The notes under the pieces: model-generated
Seen by the model: the letters and a program-made list of their open reading frames with translations, nothing else
Database searches by the model: none
What the model was told of the DNA's origin: nothing
Shown: positions 24,114-30,975 of the stretch, piece after piece
How positions within the stretch are numbered: the first letter of the stretch is position 1
Layout of the letters: each line of letters starts with the position of its first letter
From: a bacterium
GTDB taxonomy: Bacteria > Bacteroidota > Bacteroidia > Bacteroidales > Bacteroidaceae
DNA: 64,000 nucleotides
Assembly (NCBI GenBank): GCA_963627995.1
Contig: CAVGCV010000010.1
Coordinates: 954 to 64,953 of the forward strand
Direction of reading: 5' to 3'
Position numbers and translations under genes: made by a program

Positions 24114-27100
24114 TTAGAATCCTAAAATGGCACTAAGCGTAAAGGACTTGGGGCGTGGGGTCTTGGAGTTGTCGTAGCATACGCCCCAGCTTCCATAGGA
24201 GACTTCCGGATCAACCCCCGTGTACTTTGTCCAGCAGAACAGGTTGTTGGCCGAGGCAGAAAGCCTCAGGCTCTGTATGCCGAAGTTCTTGCAGACTTTT
24301 CCCGGCAGATTGTAGCTCAACTGGCAGTACTGCAAGCGGAGGAAGTCTCCCTTTTCCACATAGCGGTCGTTCCCAAGTGCGTTGTAGGAGTCCCCGATGC
24401 CCGAGTTCATGGCGCGGGGAATCTCTGTGATGTCCCCGTTCTTGCGCCATCTCCAAGCTACGGCCTGGCTTTGGTTGCTGTTCGACCGCATGGACTCGTT
24501 GTTCAGACGGGCCAGGTTCACGATTTTATTGCCAAGGCGGTAGTTGAACGAGAGTTTGAGCGTCCAGTCGCCATAGAAGAAATTCAGTCCGAAACCACCG
24601 TTGAACTTAGGATTGGAGTTTCCAAGATACACGATGTCGAGTTCGTTGATTTGTCCGTCGTGGTTGATGTCTTCATAGATGACATCGCCACCCTTGAACT
24701 CGTAGTTCGTGCCGCCATAGTTGAAGTACATCTTCAGCGGATTTCCCTTTGAATCGTAGAGGATGTTCCCGTTTGCATCGGTCACGATGGGACACGTGTA
24801 GTTCTCGCCGCGTTCACGGGCTGCCGCCGCCGTCTTGTCCCCGTATGTGTTGCGGGAGTCAGCCGTGTATCCGCTGTGTTCATAGTCGTAGCGATAGACA
24901 CCCTTGTAGCGGAATCCATAGATGGAGCCGACGGCATTCCCAATCTGGATGCGTTGCAGGTATGTCCCGTTTTTGTAGTCGTAGTCTCCATTCATGGAGG
25001 AGAGGACGGTCGGATCCATGGCTTTTATCGTGTTGATGTTCTGCGCGATGTTGAACGATGCCGACATGGAGAACTTGCCTTTCTTCAGGAACTTCTTGGT
25101 GTTGGCATAAAGTTCCCATCCCTTGTTCTCCAATTCTCCGACATTTTTCCAGGCCAGCGAGCCGTAGCCCGTTGAGCCGGGAATGCCGACGCCTGCCATG
25201 AGCAGGTCTTTTGTCCTCTTGTTGTAGATGTTGATGTCGAATTGGAACAAATCCTCAAAGAGGTTGAGGTTGAAGCCGAGGTTCCAAGAGTCTGTCGTCT
25301 CCCACTTGAGGTCTGTCAGGCGCAGGTTCTGTGGATTGATGGCGCTGTTGTCGTTCCAGCTCCCATAGATTCCATAGTTCCCGTAAGTGTTGTACATCAG
25401 GTACTCGTTTTGGGGCGGCCGTCCTACGCGTCCCCAGTTTGGACGGAAAGACAGGAGGCTGACATACTTGGTGAGCGGCGCAAAGAACGGTTCGTCGCTG
25501 ATGTTCCACCGGGCGGAGAATGCCGGGAACGTTCCCCACTTGTTGCCGGCTCCGAACTTTGTGGAGCCGTCGTGGCTGACCGTCGTGTCGAACGAGTAGC
25601 GTCCGTTTTTGTAGGCGATGTGAAAAGAGCCCCGGAGTGCCATGTCCCTCCATTCGCTGGTCCCCGACCCCGTGTTGGTCAAGTAGGCATTGGCGATGGA
25701 TGACTCTATGCCTGTCGGAACGCCTGTGTGGCCCACATTCTGGCTTGTTCCGTTTCCCTGTTTAATTTCATAGCGCAGCATGGCGCTGCCGCTCCAGTCG
25801 TCGTTGTTGAAATGTGGCGTGAAGAGAAGCGTCTCGCGATTCGTGATGGCTAGGCTCTTGTATTCACTATTGGATGTCGCATTTACGCCCGAGGACCACG
25901 CGTCGGTTGTCAGGGCATTGGAGTAATAGGTGTTGACCGACTCGTTGTAGATGTCCATATAGACTTCGGCGTTGAGGTCGAGCTGGTGTTGCGAGTCATC
26001 CTTGCCCAGCAGCTTGTAGCGGAGGTTGAATTGCGGTGTGATGCGGTAGGTCGATTGGTTGTTGTAAGCCAAATTGGCAATGGCAACGGGATTCCCGTTC
26101 CGCTTCATGTCGCTCAGGTATTTTGACGAGTATCCATCGGGCGTGCTTCCTTCCGCGTCGTACGTGGGCAGCATCTTGTAGTATTCGCCCGTTTGGTAGG
26201 CTGTCTGGGTGATGGGGTCGTAGGCGTATTCGTAGATGCTCATGTTCGGCATGGCATTGTATGCCTTTCCCAGGATGGATTTTGTGGAGCCTCCGTCCCA
26301 GTTCCGGTGGTTGTCGGTGTAGGTGAGGGCGAAGTTCGTGGAGAAACGGATGCGGTCGCTCACGTCGTAGTCGAGGACGAGGCGGGTGGAGAACCGGTCG
26401 AGCGTCTGCTTGATGATGGTGCCTGTTTGATGGTCGTAGCCGCCCGAGATACGGAACTTCGCTTTTTCTCCGCCGCCCGTGAGCGTCACGTAGTAGTTGT
26501 GCGTCTGTCCGAACTGGTTGACGGCGTCCACCCAATCCGTGTTCTTGTTGAAGTTGTAGTAGTAGGCGGGACGGCTCTTGTCGTAGTTCAGCTCCACCAT
26601 ATTGGACGTGGCGGAACTCTGTTTTGGATTAAAGTAGGCCTCCTTGAGCATCATGGTGTAGCCGTCGCCGTCGAGCATGTTCAGTCCCGATGGAGACCAT
26701 GAGCCTGTGAAGCGATAAGAGAAACTGATTTTTGTCTTTCCGCTGATACCGCGGCGAGTGGTAATCTCGATAACGCCGTTAGCACCCTTCGCTCCCCAAA
26801 TCGCAGCCGAAGCCGCGTCCTTGAGGACCTTGATTTCCTTGATGTCCTCGGGGTTTACGGAAAGCAGGGTGGCGAATTGCTCCTCGTTGTCGAGGTCTTC
26901 AAAGTTTACTTCCGAAACGTCGTCGGGCAAGTCGAAGATGTTGCCATCCACCACGATGAGCGGCTCGGCGCTGCCGTTGATGGTGCTGACGCCACGCATT
27001 CGCATGCTTGTGCCTGAGCCCAGGTTTCCCGAGTTGGAGATGATGTCAAGTCCGGCAATCTTTCCTTGCAGGGCCTCGTCGGCGGATGCGAACGACAGTC

Positions 27101-27524
27101 CCTCCACATCGTCCATGCTCATGGTCTGTGTCGCCATCGACACCTCCTTCATCGGGATGGTCAGTCCGTTGCTTTGCACTTTTGGCGTGGCAGTGACGGT
27201 GACGGTCTGAAGTGTCAGGTTGTCTTTCATCTTGATGTCGAACTTCGTCTGGTTGCCAATCGGAATGCTGACTGTCTGGTAGCCGATGTAGGAGATGGTG
27301 AGCTTGTTCTTGGGATTGACGATGACCAGCGAGAAGTTTCCGTTCATGTCGGTCACCGTTGCCGACACGATGCGGTTGTTCGCGTCCCGCTCCACCACAT
27401 TTGCCATCATCAGCGGCTCGATGTCGTCGTAAACATGGCCCGTGACGCGCCGTTGCTGGCAAAAGGCCTGAGTGCAGAGCGTTAGAAACACTGCGAGGGT
27501 CAGTATATGCTTAAGGTTATTCAT
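24114..27524 (-). CDS. SusC/RagA-family TonB-dependent outer-membrane transporter (proximal pair)
   Basis: 1136 aa. Signal peptide, CarboxypepD_reg-like VTGHVYDD...NGNFSL, plug ALQGKIAGLDI...MRMRGVSTINGSAEPLIVVDG, C-terminal aromatic residue (..ILGF). Confidence 0.92.
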   Translation of the reverse strand: MNNLKHILTLAVFLTLCTQAFCQQRRVTGHVYDDIEPLMMANVVERDANNRIVSATVTDMNGNFSLVIVNPKNKLTISYIGYQTVSIPIGNQTKFDIKMKDNLTLQTVTVTATPKVQSNGLTIPMKEVSMATQTMSMDDVEGLSFASADEALQGKIAGLDIISNSGNLGSGTSMRMRGVSTINGSAEPLIVVDGNIFDLPDDVSEVNFEDLDNEEQFATLLSVNPEDIKEIKVLKDAASAAIWGAKGANGVIEITTRRGISGKTKISFSYRFTGSWSPSGLNMLDGDGYTMMLKEAYFNPKQSSATSNMVELNYDKSRPAYYYNFNKNTDWVDAVNQFGQTHNYYVTLTGGGEKAKFRISGGYDHQTGTIIKQTLDRFSTRLVLDYDVSDRIRFSTNFALTYTDNHRNWDGGSTKSILGKAYNAMPNMSIYEYAYDPITQTAYQTGEYYKMLPTYDAEGSTPDGYSSKYLSDMKRNGNPVAIANLAYNNQSTYRITPQFNLRYKLLGKDDSQHQLDLNAEVYMDIYNESVNTYYSNALTTDAWSSGVNATSNSEYKSLAITNRETLLFTPHFNNDDWSGSAMLRYEIKQGNGTSQNVGHTGVPTGIESSIANAYLTNTGSGTSEWRDMALRGSFHIAYKNGRYSFDTTVSHDGSTKFGAGNKWGTFPAFSARWNISDEPFFAPLTKYVSLLSFRPNWGRVGRPPQNEYLMYNTYGNYGIYGSWNDNSAINPQNLRLTDLKWETTDSWNLGFNLNLFEDLFQFDINIYNKRTKDLLMAGVGIPGSTGYGSLAWKNVGELENKGWELYANTKKFLKKGKFSMSASFNIAQNINTIKAMDPTVLSSMNGDYDYKNGTYLQRIQIGNAVGSIYGFRYKGVYRYDYEHSGYTADSRNTYGDKTAAAARERGENYTCPIVTDANGNILYDSKGNPLKMYFNYGGTNYEFKGGDVIYEDINHDGQINELDIVYLGNSNPKFNGGFGLNFFYGDWTLKLSFNYRLGNKIVNLARLNNESMRSNSNQSQAVAWRWRKNGDITEIPRAMNSGIGDSYNALGNDRYVEKGDFLRLQYCQLSYNLPGKVCKNFGIQSLRLSASANNLFCWTKYTGVDPEVSYGSWGVCYDNSKTPRPKSFTLSAILGF

Positions 27525-27537
27525 GTTCTGGTTGAAG

Positions 27538-30471
27538 TTATTGGGTAATACGATACTTGTGCAAATACCTGCGCGCGGAGGCCGCGTCCGTCCAGTCGGA
27601 GTCGTAGCGTCCGTTGGCCAAAGTCTTGTAGTTCAACACGCCGTTGATGCCGTGCATGACAGCAAACGAGGACGCGGATATGCGGTTCGATGAGATGATG
27701 TAGTCGCGGACGAGGACATTCTTGAAGTTGTTGTCCACGCCGTATGTCTCATTCGTCGCGTCTCTCACGCTGAGCGTGTTGTTCCCGCTGGAAAAGACTT
27801 TCACCTTGCAATAGATGCCGGTCGCGCTGTTGAGCGTTGCCGTTTCGTATTCGCTGGTGCTGATGGCCGCCTTGTCGGCGAAGATGGAGTTGTCCTGGAA
27901 ATGGTATTTGATGAAGTTGATAAGGGTCGTCACCATCGCGGAGGCTTTTTGGAAGCGTTCGATTTCCTCCGCCTCTGAATATTCCGTGCGGTCTTCGGGC
28001 TCTTTGTCCAGCTCCAAATACGACCGGATGCTTTCCCATGTGGGCAGTCCCTTTGCAATGGCCTGCTCAATGGCCTCGTTGGATGGTACATACACCGTGT
28101 AGCGGTAGTTGTTGAAGAAACGGACGTTGGTGGCTGTGGCCACTCGCGTTCCTGTCTTTTGGTCATAGCAGGGGATGCCTCCGTTGTTCTTGAAGATGGC
28201 GAAATGCTCCTTGTAGTCGTTGTCGCTTGGATAGAGGCGTTCGGTGGTAGAGCCTTCTTGCAGCGGGTTCAGGTAGGTCTTCAGTATGTCGAGAATCTCG
28301 TCGTTGTCTGCAAGGCAAAGCTCCAGGAATTTTCCATATTTGTCTTGGTTGTTGTACAGCGCGCTGTACACGGACTCTATGGTCGGGACGATGGGCGCGT
28401 CTATTTGGTAGGCCATCCCGTTGCCGTTGCCGTTTGTCTCGCGCGTCTTGTCGTCGAAGCGGATGACCGAGCACCCCTCTTCATGCTGCATTCCCCAGCC
28501 GCCTTTCACGGTCATGCCGTTGCTGCGGCTCGTGGCGTTCTCCACGAATACGGGGGCGCCGTTTTTTGACAGGAAGTAGTGCTGGTCGCACTCCACGCCA
28601 GTTGCGGTCTCGTCAATGCCCGTCGTGCTCGTGTGGTCTTCGTGCACAATCGTATGGGTCTCCAGTATGTCGTTGAGGCGGTCGTAGAGCTCGTCTGTTG
28701 TTGCCGCCTGGTTGCCGGATAGGGGGGTGTTGGTGTCGATTTCGTAGGAGCCGGTTGCGAAATCATAGGTGAGGGGGTAGGATGTGCCCCTCACGGCGTT
28801 GGTCCGGTCGTTCCATTCAAAATAGATGGCGCGTAGGCGGTCGGTGCCCAGGCTGAACGAAACGGGGTCGATGTACCAGAAGCCGTCTTTGGGGACGAAC
28901 AGGCTGAACCGCGAGCTCATGGCGAGCAGGTAGGCGTAGAAGTTCTTGGCCGCCCCGTTCCATTTAAGCTGTTGGATGGCGTAGCGCATGACCCTCATGT
29001 CGTCGCTGACGTACGACGGCGCCGACACGGCCGCGTACTGGGCAGGGGTGAGCACCTCGTCCATGAGGTAGATGATGCCATTGTTGGCCAGCAGCACGGT
29101 CTTGATGCGCTCTATATGCGTCTCGTCGAGCATGGGGTCGAGCGCGTCGTCCTTGATGCTCTCGAACTTGCTGGGGACGGCCTCGCAGAATTCTTCTTTC
29201 ATCAAGTTCCTAAGGAGGGCCTGGATGACGTTCCTCGGGATTTGGTCGATGGCGCGGTAGATGTTCTCAAGGTCCTGCTCGTTTTTCACGTTCTTCATTT
29301 CCTCTGGCGCGTAGGCTTCCAGCAGAAACTTTCCGCCGCCGTTGTCCGCGAAGAAATAATCGTAGAGGCGGGCGTCCGTCGGTACGAAAATCACCGCCAT
29401 GTCCTGCTCCTTGCTAATCTTGTTGTTGGGCTGATAGGTGTTCCACCCGGGGTCGAAGGCCAGTCCGTAGTCTACCGTGTTTCCGTTCGGGTTGCCCACG
29501 GGGTCGGTGCCTTTGTCGTTGGTAAGAGAAAAGTTCTCCAAGACGTTGAAATAGCGCTTTTCAAAGACGGAATCGACGTCGTTGCCATACAGCAGGCGGT
29601 AGCGGCTGGTGAGCGACGCGCTGTAGAAAGGGGCGGAGAAGCGGTCGAGCATGTGGCTGAAAATCTTGGTCGCCCCGTTCGTGCGGAGCACTTCCGCCAT
29701 GTTCTGCGGCGTGATGAGCACTTTGTCCAGCTGGTTGATGTAGCCGTTCTGGCAGGTGATGTCCTGCTGCAGCACCTTGCTGTCGTAGATGTAGGCGTCG
29801 TTATGGTCGCGCGTTTTTCCGACGATGATCCTGAAGTCCTCGTCGGTGATGCGCTTGTTGCTCATCTGCGTGGCGAGGAAGTGGGTCATCATCGGCGGCG
29901 TGTTGTCGAGGGCAAGGTAAATCCCCCCCTTGGCGGGGGTGCGGAAACGCGCCCAATAGTCCTTGTCTTCCGCGTTGTAAGAGGTGGGCAGTTCATCGGC
30001 GCTGAAATGGGGGACTGAGTCGAGGACATCGGCGGCGGTCTCCCGGCGCAGGCACTGGCCGGCGTTCGGCCCCGTCGTGCTCGACATCATTTCGATGAGG
30101 TAGGCGTTGTTCACCATCGCGGAGTTCAGAATCAGCTTCTTTTGATTCTGCGTCAGCTGGCTGTAACTGCTCACCCCCCAGTCGTTGTTGGCATAGAACG
30201 TGCTGAACGCGTCGTCGTTGGCCACGAACAATGTCTTGCTGCCAGTCTTGTCCAGCACTTCCGAATAGCCCAAGTCGTCGATGAGTTTGACGAAGTTGGT
30301 GTAGTTCCCGTCTTTTTGCAGGTAGTCGTAGATGCTGGAGTTCAGATAGCCGGGCGTGGTGTCGTCCCATTTATAGTCATCCGAACATGCGCAGAACATA
30401 CCGCAAATTGAAACGACGCACATGGCCTGAGACCACGAACGCCCCAGTTTACACAGGTGTTTGTCCTTCAT
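27538..30471 (-). CDS. Large multi-repeat fasciclin (FAS1) domain lipoprotein, first gene of the operon
   Basis: 977 aa. Lipoprotein signal (ICGMFCACSDD). Repeated FAS1-like signatures: YDYLQKDGNYTNFVKLIDDLGY...KTLFVANDDAFSTF; NGYINQLDKVLITPQ; MAEVLRTNGATKIFSHMLDRF; NGIIYLMDEVLTP; YTVYVPSNEAIEQAI; HGINGVLNY. Confidence 0.75.
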   Translation of the reverse strand: MKDKHLCKLGRSWSQAMCVVSICGMFCACSDDYKWDDTTPGYLNSSIYDYLQKDGNYTNFVKLIDDLGYSEVLDKTGSKTLFVANDDAFSTFYANNDWGVSSYSQLTQNQKKLILNSAMVNNAYLIEMMSSTTGPNAGQCLRRETAADVLDSVPHFSADELPTSYNAEDKDYWARFRTPAKGGIYLALDNTPPMMTHFLATQMSNKRITDEDFRIIVGKTRDHNDAYIYDSKVLQQDITCQNGYINQLDKVLITPQNMAEVLRTNGATKIFSHMLDRFSAPFYSASLTSRYRLLYGNDVDSVFEKRYFNVLENFSLTNDKGTDPVGNPNGNTVDYGLAFDPGWNTYQPNNKISKEQDMAVIFVPTDARLYDYFFADNGGGKFLLEAYAPEEMKNVKNEQDLENIYRAIDQIPRNVIQALLRNLMKEEFCEAVPSKFESIKDDALDPMLDETHIERIKTVLLANNGIIYLMDEVLTPAQYAAVSAPSYVSDDMRVMRYAIQQLKWNGAAKNFYAYLLAMSSRFSLFVPKDGFWYIDPVSFSLGTDRLRAIYFEWNDRTNAVRGTSYPLTYDFATGSYEIDTNTPLSGNQAATTDELYDRLNDILETHTIVHEDHTSTTGIDETATGVECDQHYFLSKNGAPVFVENATSRSNGMTVKGGWGMQHEEGCSVIRFDDKTRETNGNGNGMAYQIDAPIVPTIESVYSALYNNQDKYGKFLELCLADNDEILDILKTYLNPLQEGSTTERLYPSDNDYKEHFAIFKNNGGIPCYDQKTGTRVATATNVRFFNNYRYTVYVPSNEAIEQAIAKGLPTWESIRSYLELDKEPEDRTEYSEAEEIERFQKASAMVTTLINFIKYHFQDNSIFADKAAISTSEYETATLNSATGIYCKVKVFSSGNNTLSVRDATNETYGVDNNFKNVLVRDYIISSNRISASSFAVMHGINGVLNYKTLANGRYDSDWTDAASARRYLHKYRITQ

Positions 30472-30592
30472 GTCTTAATCTTATGGTTTTACTCGTTAGT
30501 TAGTCGCTCTCAAGGCGGTAGTTAGGGCTGCGGGCAAGGGGCACTCCCCCAAGGCTGACGCGCCTTCTTTCTTTGTTTTAATGGAAGTCCTG

Positions 30593-30600
30593 CAAACTTA
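30593..30600 (-). promoter_or_regulatory. Candidate -7 promoter box TAAGTTTG for the FAS1/SusCD operon
   Basis: + strand caaactta, reverse complement TAAGTTTG, 122 bp upstream of the ATG at 30471. A second candidate (TACCTTTG) is at 30726-30733. Confidence 0.4.
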
Positions 30601-30893
30601 ACAAAAATAAACACGCCGCGAAACTTTGTCCGCCACGTAGCGCGCGATTTTATATTATTTAACATTTTGCGCGGTCGCGGATTCCGCGCTCCGCCGTCTG
30701 TGCCGCGCTGGCGCTATGGCGGCGACAAAGGTAGGGGATGGTGTCCGGCCGGGGTGATAGGATTGCTTCCCCAACCTCCAAATATCGTGATTGGCGCATT
30801 TTTCCCCCTCTTTTCCTCATTTTTCCCGCCTACCGTCTCCGCTGGCTCTGGAATGTGGCTGTGGAGGCGGTGCTTGCTGCGGCGGTAAAAGGA

Positions 30894-30931
30894 AAAGGCT
30901 GCAAGCGGAGAAGTCTCTGCTTGCAGCCTTT
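30894..30931 (-). terminator. Rho-independent terminator after the 976-aa hydrolase gene
   Basis: AAAGGCTGCAAGC / GCTTGCAGCCTTT 13-bp stem with a 12-nt loop. A T-rich run follows on the minus strand. Lies 45 bp past the stop at 30976. Confidence 0.7.
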
Positions 30932-30975
30932 GGAGGATTGTCGGCGAACCCTCGTCCGGGTTCTTTTCGCGGTCT

